This document shows positions 1 to 8,427 of a stretch of DNA of 64,000 nt, one piece after another. Origin of the DNA: a bacterium (GTDB taxonomy: Bacteria; Patescibacteriota; Minisyncoccia; Phycocordibacterales; Phycocordibacteraceae); the NCBI GenBank assembly GCA_021802705.1, contig JAJZRL010000001.1:20379-84378 (forward strand), written 5' to 3'. A program made the position numbers and the translations under genes. Position 1 is the first letter of the stretch, and the number at the start of each line of letters is the position of its first letter. The notes under the pieces are model-generated. The model worked only from the letters and a program-made list of their open reading frames with translations, had not been told where the DNA came from and ran no database searches.

Positions 1-1
1 C

Positions 2-217
2 AAGTCTGCCGACAGGTGTGCTTTTACCGCACCCGCGCTGGTCAAACAAAATGACGCGGTGTTTGCTCAAATCAAAACGCTCCGCATGGCGCGGCTTACT
101 CTTTGAACCGGGTCCGCCGTGGAAAGACAGGACTGCCGGTCCTTTCGGGTTGCCGTGTTCGGAGAAAGAAACTGTATGGCCGTCTTTTTCCGGTAGCGTA
201 TAGGTTTTTGCCGACAT
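2..217 (-). CDS. pip: Proline iminopeptidase (alpha/beta hydrolase), N-terminal part; runs off the window start
   Basis: Not in the ORF track. Manual translation gives MSAKTYTLPEKDGHTVSFSEHGNPKGPAVLSFHGGPG...VILFDQRGCGKS; GNP.G, HGGPG and FDQRGCG.S are PIP motifs. Confidence 0.85.
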   Translation of the reverse strand, partial: MSAKTYTLPEKDGHTVSFSEHGNPKGPAVLSFHGGPGSKSKPRHAERFDLSKHRVILFDQRGCGKSTPVGRL

Positions 218-276
218 AAACACATCCTAGCAGATTTCAGGCAGATTTTAGCCCTACCAGGACTTGATTCCCGTGA

Positions 277-350
277 TGGTGGACCTACGGGGAGTCGGAC
301 CCCGACCTCGTCCATGCCATGGACGCGTTCTACCGCTGAACTATAGGCCC
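277..350 (-). tRNA. tRNA-Ala(GGC)
   Basis: Cloverleaf on minus strand, anticodon arm CGTCC-ATGGCAT-GGACG, G3:U70, encoded CCA. Confidence 0.95.
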
Positions 351-448
351 TTCTGCTTACAGCTAAGTTTACGCCTTCTCTTCGCGTTGCTCAAGGCAGA
401 CGGTCATAAGACAGGTGCACGAAAACCGTGTTTTTCGCCTGGTTGAAA

Positions 449-769
449 TTACTCTTCAGTTTGTTCCAGTACGATTTTATCGTTGAAGCCGCCGCGTTCA
501 TTGAGCTTCTTCTTGCGGATTTCCTCAATCCTTTCCTTAGAAAAATCTTTTTCCGAGATAATGGCATTGAGTACTTCCATTATGTCCGCAAGCTCCTCTT
601 CGTTGACGTCTTTTGCAAACTCGTCAACTTCTTCCTTCAGCTTGTCTATAAGCCGAGCAAAATACTCGTCGCCTTTAATCGTGTGCGTTACAGATTTTAT
701 ACCTTTCGCATCCAGTACCTGCGGTATCTTGTCTCGTACCAACTTATCGTAAGTTGTAATCTTTCCCAT
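449..769 (-). CDS. MazG-like / phosphoribosyl-ATP pyrophosphohydrolase-like nucleotide pyrophosphatase
   Basis: YDKLVRDKIP, KLKEEVDEF, EELADIMEV and ERGGF motifs. Start moved to MGKIT because the longer ORF overlaps a tRNA. Confidence 0.85.
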   Translation of the reverse strand: MGKITTYDKLVRDKIPQVLDAKGIKSVTHTIKGDEYFARLIDKLKEEVDEFAKDVNEEELADIMEVLNAIISEKDFSKERIEEIRKKKLNERGGFNDKIVLEQTEE

Positions 770-781
770 AGAAGTTCCGAG

Positions 782-854
782 TGGACCATAGGAGAGTCGA
801 ACTCCTGACCTCGTCAATGCGAATGACGCGCTCTACCAACTGAGCTAATGGCCC
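782..854 (-). tRNA. tRNA-Ala(CGC)
   Basis: GGGCCATTAGCTCAGTTGGTAGAGC..., anticodon arm CGTCA-TTCGCAT-TGACG, TTCGA T-loop. Confidence 0.95.
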
Positions 855-932
855 GCGAACATGGGCTATCGTAACATGAACGGGAAAGAAAAGGCAGAAC
901 CTGCCGGTCCTCCCTTTTCGCTCGGCCGACAA

Positions 933-1802
933 TCAACCGAGCAGTATTTCCTGAACGTGAGAGACAATCTCCTCAAGGTTGAAATTGACTTTTACCATGA
1001 AGCCTTGGGCGCCGAGGCTTAGAGCGCGATCGACGTCTTTCTGTTCCCCCAGATTAGACAGTATGGTAACGGGGATCGGGGCGAACCGCTCATCTTTCTT
1101 GAGTCTCGAAAGGATCTCGAAGCCATCGACATCGGGAAGAATGAGGTCGAGAAGGATCAGATTCGGTTTCCAATGTTCAAGGGTTTCGAAAACCCCTTTC
1201 GCATCAACAGCGCTTTTCACTTCGAGTCCGGCAGAAGCGAGTTTGCGCACGAAGAGCTCTCTCAAGAATTTGTCATCTTCGACGACGAGCACGCCCCGTC
1301 CCTTCAGTTTCTCATTGGCAACTGATGATTGTTGCACTGCTTGTTCACGAATGGTCGCATGAGGAGCGTCTGCGGTTTGCTCCACGGCTTTCGGCGTGTC
1401 GAGGGCTGCGCTATCCGCCGTTTTATCCTCTTTATCGAGAAGGGCCTGCACTTTTTCAATCACCTCTGCTGGATCAAAGACCGCCTTCACGAGGAAATCT
1501 CTCGCGCCGAGTTTCTTCGCGAGGTCTATCTCGACTGGCTGCCCGGAATTCGAAATGATGATGATGGGGATCCCTTTGAGCATAGGATCGGCATTCATCT
1601 CCTCCATCACCTCCATGCCGTTCTTACGCGGCATGAGGATATCGAGAAGGATGAGGTCAGGTTTTAATCCGCCCCGCAATTTCGTAAGCGCAACCTCCCC
1701 ATCTTCGGCACCTTCGGTCACGTATCCGCTTTTTGAAAGTTTCTCCAGTAAGACTTTGCGCAAAATCGCATCATCTTCGACGACAAGTATCTTCTGATTC
1801 AT
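933..1802 (-). CDS. Response regulator with two receiver domains and no output domain
   Basis: Two REC repeats (VVEDD...LILLDILMP...SN...K and VVEDD...LILLDLILP...SN...K) joined by an Ala-rich linker. Confidence 0.9.
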   Translation of the reverse strand: MNQKILVVEDDAILRKVLLEKLSKSGYVTEGAEDGEVALTKLRGGLKPDLILLDILMPRKNGMEVMEEMNADPMLKGIPIIIISNSGQPVEIDLAKKLGARDFLVKAVFDPAEVIEKVQALLDKEDKTADSAALDTPKAVEQTADAPHATIREQAVQQSSVANEKLKGRGVLVVEDDKFLRELFVRKLASAGLEVKSAVDAKGVFETLEHWKPNLILLDLILPDVDGFEILSRLKKDERFAPIPVTILSNLGEQKDVDRALSLGAQGFMVKVNFNLEEIVSHVQEILLG

Positions 1803-1881
1803 GGTGGCGTACTTATGTTTTACAGTAATACGAATAATCTCGAATAGCTATAGGAACGCGAAGCGGGGTGTGGACAGGCGA

Positions 1882-3693
1882 TCATACCTCGTCGAGGGAA
1901 GCATCATCCTTCGGGATGCGTCCCTCCTCAAGAGGAAGTTTGAGAGAAAATGTCGATCCGACCCCTTCTTTCGATTCGATCTCGAGCGATCCTCCGTGTC
2001 GCAACGCCACATTCTTCGCAAGGTAGAGCCCGAGGCCGGAACCGTCCGTTTGTGTCCGTAAAGCGTTGTCAGCGCGGAAAAATTTAGTAAAGAGCATGCC
2101 GACCTGTTCTTTCGGGACACCGATACCGGTATCGCTTACACGCATGTCGAGATATTCGCCTTGTGTGCGGATTTCTACGGTGACTTTCCCGCCTGGTAAC
2201 GTATATTTGACGGCATTATCGAGCAGGTTCTGCAACGCAAGCGTTATCTTGCTCGCATCGAACACGAATGGCGGTGGGGCCCCGTCAGGCGTTTCAACGC
2301 TGACGGATATCCTTCTCTCACGTGCCGGTGCAGCAACGGAATCAACGACGCTCTTTGCGACAGCCAGTATGTCATTCCGCTTGAATTCATATCCGAAGCG
2401 TCCTTCTTCGATGCGTGCGACGTTAAGCAGGTCGTTGACGAGTTGGATCATTCGCTCGTTGGTCTCATACCCATTGCGAAGCAGCTCCAGCTGAGGCGCA
2501 TTTAACGGCCCTTCGTCTCCGTTCATGACCATATGGAGCGTCCACTTGATTGCCGAAAGCGGCGTACGCAATTGGTGCGCCGCGATAGAAATGAACTCGC
2601 TCTTGCTTCTCGAGATACTTTTCTCACGGGTAACATCGCGCAAAAGCTTGACGAACCCTTGCTGCTTCCTCGTCGACAAATCGATAATCGGCGCCGTCGT
2701 GACTTGCAGGTCACGTTCAAGAGGATAAGAGATCGTAACCTCGTTTATCTCGGCATCTAGTTCCGTTGCCGTACGCTTGAGTTTTTTCGAGGCGGATGCG
2801 AGGGCGGGATAAGAAACGTCAATAAGCGCTTGCCAATGTTCCTTATCGATATTTTTAGGGAGAATTTCTTTCCCGATGACTTCCTTGCGGTTGATGCCGA
2901 GGAGTATTTCGGCAGCGCGGTTTATACGGCGAAGCACGAAGCCGTTGTCGTATTCGAGAAGACCATTCGTGAGATTCTCGATTATCGTTTCGATATGCGT
3001 TTTCGACCGGGCGATTTCTTGGGTTTTCTCCTCGACGCTTTTTTCAAGCTGTCTTGAGTATTCCTCGACGAGACGTCGGCGGTCTTCCTCTGTCTTGCGT
3101 ATGGTCGCGATCCGTTCCTCTTGCTCTCTCTCGCGCTGAATCTTCGCTTCTTGCAGGTCCTCTATCATGAGACGGAGACCGACAAAAAGCTCGGTGAACT
3201 CGTCTTCTTCAACAGGGATTTCCGGCGCTTTCGAAAAATCTCCCGTGGAAGTCTGCTGAAGGAAAGGGGTGAGTTCCGAAAGACGTTTTGCGGTATTCGT
3301 CTTATATTGTTCGAGCTTTTTTTCGTTTGAAATATCACGGAACACGAGGAGTCCGGCTTTGCCGTCTTCAAGCACGAGCGGACGCGCGGAGATGAATATC
3401 GGGAACCTGTTTCCGGAACGAGACGTGAGGTACGCGACTTTGCCGTGCGGTACGGTAAATATCTTGCCGAGGGAGAAAAGCGTGTGGGTTATGCTTTCTT
3501 CGGGTTTGAGAAATCCCGCATCGAACGCCAGCGTCAGCATGTCGTCGACATTCTTGCCGAGAAGATCATCGCTTGTGCAGTCGAGCAAAAGGCTCGCGTG
3601 CGGATTGACGAGCGTAATCGCGCCCTTGGCATCAAACAGTATGACCCCTTCCGCGACAAAAGAAAGGATGCCGCTGAGGATCGACTGTACCAT
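1882..3693 (-). CDS. Cytoplasmic PAS-PAS sensor histidine kinase
   Basis: Two PAS-like segments, H-box AAHQLRTPL, N-box NLLDNAVKY, G1 DTGIG, G2 GSGLGL; no clear transmembrane segment. Confidence 0.92.
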   Translation of the reverse strand: MVQSILSGILSFVAEGVILFDAKGAITLVNPHASLLLDCTSDDLLGKNVDDMLTLAFDAGFLKPEESITHTLFSLGKIFTVPHGKVAYLTSRSGNRFPIFISARPLVLEDGKAGLLVFRDISNEKKLEQYKTNTAKRLSELTPFLQQTSTGDFSKAPEIPVEEDEFTELFVGLRLMIEDLQEAKIQREREQEERIATIRKTEEDRRRLVEEYSRQLEKSVEEKTQEIARSKTHIETIIENLTNGLLEYDNGFVLRRINRAAEILLGINRKEVIGKEILPKNIDKEHWQALIDVSYPALASASKKLKRTATELDAEINEVTISYPLERDLQVTTAPIIDLSTRKQQGFVKLLRDVTREKSISRSKSEFISIAAHQLRTPLSAIKWTLHMVMNGDEGPLNAPQLELLRNGYETNERMIQLVNDLLNVARIEEGRFGYEFKRNDILAVAKSVVDSVAAPARERRISVSVETPDGAPPPFVFDASKITLALQNLLDNAVKYTLPGGKVTVEIRTQGEYLDMRVSDTGIGVPKEQVGMLFTKFFRADNALRTQTDGSGLGLYLAKNVALRHGGSLEIESKEGVGSTFSLKLPLEEGRIPKDDASLDEV

Positions 3694-3720
3694 TCTCTCT
3701 GTATCTCCCGTTTTCCGGCC

Positions 3721-3909
3721 CTACTCCGAAGGTTCAGGGATGTCTTTTATCGCCGCACGACATTTCTGATCGATGTTGGACGGAATCGCAGGAAGATTAT
3801 GCTCGCTCGCTGCGTGGGCTGCCGCTTGCGCCATGATGTCTTCTACCGTTTCTCCGACAAACTTTACATCACAATCGACACCGATATCTTTACAAGTAAG
3901 TTGTTTCAT
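3721..3909 (-). CDS. DUF1059-like small putative metal-binding protein
   Basis: LTCKDIGVDC...HAASEH pattern typical of DUF1059. Confidence 0.8.
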   Translation of the reverse strand: MKQLTCKDIGVDCDVKFVGETVEDIMAQAAAHAASEHNLPAIPSNIDQKCRAAIKDIPEPSE

Positions 3910-3932
3910 TTCTGTTCTATATTATTTAGATG

Positions 3933-4328
3933 TTAAGCCTCTTCATCGGCGCGAAGCCACTCGATCGCTTCACGCTCGGTCGCGAAAAAGCGTATATTTT
4001 TCTTTTGCGACGCGCCGATAACGAACGTCGCAAGGGTCCGGACGAACGTATTTCCGCCAAAAATAGCGGTTTTCTTGATGTTCGGATGCCGGAGGAAACC
4101 TGCCCACCGTTTCCGGGCTGCGGAAGAAAAATAGCTTGAGCGACGGATATCGATAAGCACCCTGTCAGCGTCTTTGCTGTCCAAGAATGACCTCCCTACC
4201 GTATCGATCCTCTCCGCTTCCTCGTCATCAATGGGAACGAGCAGTCGATAGACGACCATGCCGTTCTCGCACGCCACCTCGTTTTTCAGCGTACGAATGT
4301 CCTGCCGTTCTGTGACAGCGGAAGTCAT
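3933..4328 (-). CDS. STAS/SEC14 (SpoIIAA-like) domain protein
   Basis: VLIDIR...SSAARK...KKTAIFG...IRFFATEREAIEWL pattern. Confidence 0.78.
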   Translation of the reverse strand: MTSAVTERQDIRTLKNEVACENGMVVYRLLVPIDDEEAERIDTVGRSFLDSKDADRVLIDIRRSSYFSSAARKRWAGFLRHPNIKKTAIFGGNTFVRTLATFVIGASQKKNIRFFATEREAIEWLRADEEA

Positions 4329-4421
4329 GAATGTGTCTGATACGGATAAACGCTGCTCACGATACTAACTATACACTACCCTTGATCACATTCTGTCCAT
4401 CGGCGGTAGTGGATAAAACGG

Positions 4422-4492
4422 TCGGGCCGCCGGGAATTGAACCCGGTCTACATCCACCCCATGGACGCGTACTACCGGCATACTCCGGCCCG
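4422..4492 (-). tRNA. tRNA-Pro(GGG)
   Basis: CGGGCCG acceptor stem, anticodon arm CGTCC-ATGGGGT-GGATG, T arm CCGGG-TTCAATT-CCCGG. Confidence 0.92.
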
Positions 4493-4512
4493 TTCCCGCG
4501 AGATACCCCCTG

Positions 4513-4583
4513 TCGGGCCGCCGGGAATTGAACCCGGTCTACACGCACCCGAAGCGTGCGTACTACCGGCATACTCCGGCCCG
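4513..4583 (-). tRNA. tRNA-Pro(CGG)
   Basis: Same body as the neighbouring tRNA-Pro; anticodon arm CACGC-TTCGGGT-GCGTG. Confidence 0.92.
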
Positions 4584-4671
4584 ACAGGGGGCACCTGACG
4601 GAACTCGCTAAACAAAACTAAGGATAACCATATCAAACTTCCTGCGTACAGGAAAGAAAATCGTTCACTTC

Positions 4672-4720
4672 AAAAAGAAAAGGGCGCCTGGTTCCATCGG
4701 CGGATTTGCCAGACGCCCTT
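4672..4720 (-). terminator. Probable intrinsic terminator
   Basis: AAGGGCG...CGCCCTT stem with an A-tract on the left (U-tail on minus), just after the stop at 4728. Confidence 0.55.
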
Positions 4721-4727
4721 AATGAAT

Positions 4728-5306
4728 TCAGGACAGGAGCGGCTTTCCTTCGACTTCATCCATCCAAACGCTCAAACCGAGCCCGACGACGAAGTTGAGG
4801 CTCGGAGCAACGCCTGAAACGTAAAATAACTTCCGAAGAAGAAGGTTCTCGAGCGGACGCCACAAAATGTACCCCTCGCCCTGCTGAGCATAGAAGAAGA
4901 TCGCCCGCGGTCTGCATCGAGTCCATTCTATCTGAGCGAACGAATGACGGATCTCATCACTCAGAATCATCGGCCTGATGGTGAGTCTCATCGACCACGA
5001 ATGTTTGAATACTTTGCGAAACGAGTTTTCGGTGAGCGTACTGATCTCGACGGTTTCTCTGAAGTTTCTATCGAAGGAGTCCAGCGGGACTCGCAACTCG
5101 AGCACGCTGCCTTGGTAGATCTCGTCGCAGAGAACGACAAGGCGGCGGGCGTACTTGAGAAAATCACTCGCTGTGATATTGCCGAATCTCTTCTTGAGTA
5201 CTGCATGGTAATTCCATTCGAGTCTTGCCACATTCAGAAGATACTGCGGAGCATCTTCGGTGCCGATCGATTCGTTGTCGGAAAACAGGCTTGCTGTCGC
5301 TGTCAT
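4728..5306 (-). CDS. Hypothetical protein
   Basis: Open frame with GAGGAGG Shine-Dalgarno before ATG 5306 and a downstream terminator; no recognisable motif. Confidence 0.6.
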   Translation of the reverse strand: MTATASLFSDNESIGTEDAPQYLLNVARLEWNYHAVLKKRFGNITASDFLKYARRLVVLCDEIYQGSVLELRVPLDSFDRNFRETVEISTLTENSFRKVFKHSWSMRLTIRPMILSDEIRHSFAQIEWTRCRPRAIFFYAQQGEGYILWRPLENLLLRKLFYVSGVAPSLNFVVGLGLSVWMDEVEGKPLLS

Positions 5307-5465
5307 AACTGGTCCCTCCTCAGTCAAGGTACAATTTTACCTGAGCACGATGTTCAGGCTTTTGCAGCAAAGCATACATACGACAAAAATCAAGACGCAG
5401 AACGCGCCGCACGATGTGTTTGTCGAGCCTCGTCCGCGGCGGCGCGCGGCTCGGCCTTCTCAACA

Positions 5466-5542
5466 TGGTGCGCTCTATAGGATTCGAACCTATGACCTTT
5501 CGCGTGTGAAGCGAACGCTCTAACCAACTGAGCTAAGAGCGC
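5466..5542 (-). tRNA. tRNA-Val(CAC)
   Basis: Cloverleaf, anticodon arm TTCGC-TTCACAC-GCGAA, encoded CCA. Confidence 0.95.
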
Positions 5543-5733
5543 GTACACTGAGTACCATATCAGAAATCCAAGCAGATTCCCATATTTATTGGTTGAGCGA
5601 ACGACTGGCTACCCTTTCTTAATCTCTTCAAGGTCAGCAAGCAGACGACGCATGTCTTGTATGAGCTGTCCAAACGAAGAAAGGGATGTAAAAAGAACGC
5701 GCCCTGAGTGTTTCAGAGCGCGCTTATTTTAGT

Positions 5734-7134
5734 TTATCTTTGCGTCATATAGGCGATTGCATCGGCTGCACCGTAAGAACTATTCTCATCTTGCATGAGA
5801 TGACGTAAGAAACTGACATCGTCACCCATAGTGAAGATCGGCGGTTCATTCGGATTCCCGAGCCCTGCAGCTGAGAAAAGTCCGTTGCACAGACACCGAA
5901 CCCCTATAGTGTCTTCTGATTTTCCACCTTTGAGGAGATACGTATCGAGAGGTTCGCTCGAGCAACGGAAGCCAATCTTGCCGTCCTTTCGCTCATACGG
6001 AACAATTAAGATGGACAGGTCACATATCCGCGTGCGAGCGGCATACACTGTCGGGTCGGATTGCGTGCCCGGCAATTGCACCACCTTGAACGGAAATCCT
6101 GTCGGTGACGTGCTCGGATCCGTGCGAATGAAGAGTTCGCCACGATAGCCACGACGCCTCATCTCGGAACGGAACGCGGGCTGCACGCCGGAATCTTCGC
6201 TGAGTGCAAAGATAGAACCAGCCTGGACACCCTTCGCACCCAGTGCCTGTGCTTTCGCGAGACCTTCGGGCGAGGCGAACGACCCGCCAATCCAGAACGG
6301 GATGCCCAGGTCTCGAAGCTTTTGGAATGCCACCTCGTCTTTTGGGCCGTAGACAGACTGTCCGCTTTCATCGAACACTCCTTTCTCTCGAGGCGGTGCA
6401 TTGTGGCCTCCCGCAGTCGGTAGTTCGACAACGAACCCCTGAATACTGCCTCGCGACAAGCGTTTGACCATGAGCGATGCCAGCACGTCTGTCGAGACAA
6501 TAGGGAGAAATCCTGGCCGCTTGAGTTCAGGAAGCTTCGCTTTGAAGAAGGCGCTCGGATCGAAACTGACGGTCCCCGCCCCACTGCTTTTTCCCTCTAT
6601 CGAAACACGATAGATCGGCATGCCTCCTGCGGCAATCGCATCGAGAACACTCGGTATCTGAAGCGTTATTCCCGCCCCCATCGTCACGAAATCAACGTTA
6701 GCAAGCATCGCTCCAGTGATATGGTAGATGTGAGGAATCTGGATTTTCTCCAAGTAATTCACGCTGACCGGATTCTCGTGCCCTTCTTTGGCAAGCCACA
6801 CGAACGCAAAACTTGCCGCTACCGTAAGCGCAATCAGGTCAGCGCGCGGTTGCATGCTAAATGCTGGCACCACCTTGAATTCTTGATCGGCGGAAATACC
6901 ACCCTCGACGAAGTACTTTTTAATGATACGTTCGGCTATGCCCGGGAACGGGAAGTGCGCGAGCGCACGTCGGTAGTCACCGCCTGGATCTCCAGACTGG
7001 AGAATTCTGGCTAGCAAACGTTCGGCGCCGACGCAAGAGACCGTGCCGAGCGCGCCATGACAAGAGCATACTTTGGCGAGAAAAGGAGTCGATATGTAGA
7101 CCCCCATCCCTCCCTGGATGATTGATCGATTCAT
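5734..7134 (-). CDS. Nitronate monooxygenase (2-nitropropane dioxygenase) family flavoprotein
   Basis: IIQGGMG, MGAGI, AGGHN and SPTGFPFKV motifs plus C-terminal Cys cluster RCLCNGL. Confidence 0.85.
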   Translation of the reverse strand: MNRSIIQGGMGVYISTPFLAKVCSCHGALGTVSCVGAERLLARILQSGDPGGDYRRALAHFPFPGIAERIIKKYFVEGGISADQEFKVVPAFSMQPRADLIALTVAASFAFVWLAKEGHENPVSVNYLEKIQIPHIYHITGAMLANVDFVTMGAGITLQIPSVLDAIAAGGMPIYRVSIEGKSSGAGTVSFDPSAFFKAKLPELKRPGFLPIVSTDVLASLMVKRLSRGSIQGFVVELPTAGGHNAPPREKGVFDESGQSVYGPKDEVAFQKLRDLGIPFWIGGSFASPEGLAKAQALGAKGVQAGSIFALSEDSGVQPAFRSEMRRRGYRGELFIRTDPSTSPTGFPFKVVQLPGTQSDPTVYAARTRICDLSILIVPYERKDGKIGFRCSSEPLDTYLLKGGKSEDTIGVRCLCNGLFSAAGLGNPNEPPIFTMGDDVSFLRHLMQDENSSYGAADAIAYMTQR

Positions 7135-7287
7135 GAGACTCTCCTTATCAAGGAACTGGTTGACGTTTTGACAGATACAACTGCCTCTCGCTAGATCCTA
7201 ACAAGATTTGACGAAAAAAACAGCAGACAACGTTTCGTTTGAGCGCACAAAACGGGACGTGGAGAAACATGCAATGTATACCGAGTG

Positions 7288-7360
7288 TGGACCCAAGGAG
7301 ATTCGAACTCCTGACCCCCTCATTGCAAATGAGGTGCTCTACCAACTGAGCTATGGGCCC
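7288..7360 (-). tRNA. tRNA-Ala(TGC)
   Basis: Cloverleaf, anticodon arm CCTCA-TTTGCAA-TGAGG, G3:U70. Confidence 0.95.
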
Positions 7361-7449
7361 GCCAAAGCTCTCTCAGGCCTATCACCTGAAATTGCTGCGG
7401 TGGACGGTACTATACCATCCTAAGCAAAAATTTTTAAGCTGGTCTCGAG

Positions 7450-8412
7450 CTATCTCCGAAGTGCGAGGTCGACGAGGTGGGAGAGAAAATCAGGAAACGA
7501 TATACCGACCGCGGCAAGAGATTTCGGCAAGAGTGACTCGTTCGCGAGCGCCGGAAGAGCGTTCGTTTCGAGATAGTACGCTCCTCGGGGCGTGAGGATG
7601 AAATCCGAGCGCGAATAATGCCGCAGGCCAAGTGTGCGATGTATCGCTTTCGCGGCGCTCTGAAGTTCTTCCGTTACGGTACGCGAAAAGTTTCCGGGAC
7701 ATCGCTCGCGCGTCATGCCGGAATATTTCATCTCATAGGAAAGGAAGTCGCCATACGGAGACAGTATTTCGACCGTTGGGAGCGCGTAGAGCGTCTCGCC
7801 ACGGAACTTTTCGATGATACCGACCGTGGCTTCCCGTCCTCGGACGTACTCTTCGACAAGAACGCCGGCTGCTCCTGTCGCCATAAGCTGCTCGATGGCC
7901 GCGAATATCGGGGCATACCCGCCAACGATAGAAACGCCGATGGATGAACCCCAGCCGACGGGCTTGACAACGACTGGCTGAGAGAAGGTACGGATCACCT
8001 CGCGAACGACCGCTTCGCAGTCTGTTTTCCGCTCGACGTAACGGAACTTCGGTACAAGCAGCCCTATCTCCTGCGCTCGCGTCTTCGAGAGGAGCTTATG
8101 CATGGCGAAATAAGAACCGAAAGAAGTCGTGCCTGCATAGGGGATTCCGAAACAACCGAGGAGCCTCTGTATCTCTCCACCTTCGCCGTATTCGCCGTGA
8201 AGCCCGACAAGGGCGACATCAATCTGACGCAGCGCGCGGCTCGGCGTCGTCGGACGCCCGCGGTCGTGCCACTTTCCCTCTCTATCGATATAAATATCGC
8301 GTCCGACGAACCGTTCCTCCGGAAGATTCGCGAGCACAGCCGCTCCCGTACGGAGAGAAACATCGTGTTCGCGCGATGGACCGCCTCGCAGTACTCCTAC
8401 GATGGTGTGCAT
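7450..8412 (-). CDS. ddl: D-alanine--D-alanine ligase
   Basis: GGPSREHDVSL, LHGEYGE, GSSIG, YEMKY, RSDF and LETNALP ATP-grasp motifs. Confidence 0.9.
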   Translation of the reverse strand: MHTIVGVLRGGPSREHDVSLRTGAAVLANLPEERFVGRDIYIDREGKWHDRGRPTTPSRALRQIDVALVGLHGEYGEGGEIQRLLGCFGIPYAGTTSFGSYFAMHKLLSKTRAQEIGLLVPKFRYVERKTDCEAVVREVIRTFSQPVVVKPVGWGSSIGVSIVGGYAPIFAAIEQLMATGAAGVLVEEYVRGREATVGIIEKFRGETLYALPTVEILSPYGDFLSYEMKYSGMTRERCPGNFSRTVTEELQSAAKAIHRTLGLRHYSRSDFILTPRGAYYLETNALPALANESLLPKSLAAVGISFPDFLSHLVDLALRR

Positions 8413-8427
8413 GTGAGGTAGTATACC

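Noticed and set aside
310-330. A32-U38 anticodon loops in tRNA-Ala(GGC) and tRNA-Pro(GGG)
   Set aside because: A known decoding-tuning feature of tRNA-Ala(GGC)-type tRNAs, not novel.
744-932. Small ORFs overlapping tRNAs (also 264-446, 4331-4572, 7148-7345, 49230-49538, 56036-56579)
   Set aside because: They overlap confident tRNA genes or rpmG and show no coding signal.
4422-4583. Direct repeat that could be taken for a CRISPR array or att site
   Set aside because: Both copies are complete tRNA-Pro genes; there are no spacers or cas genes.
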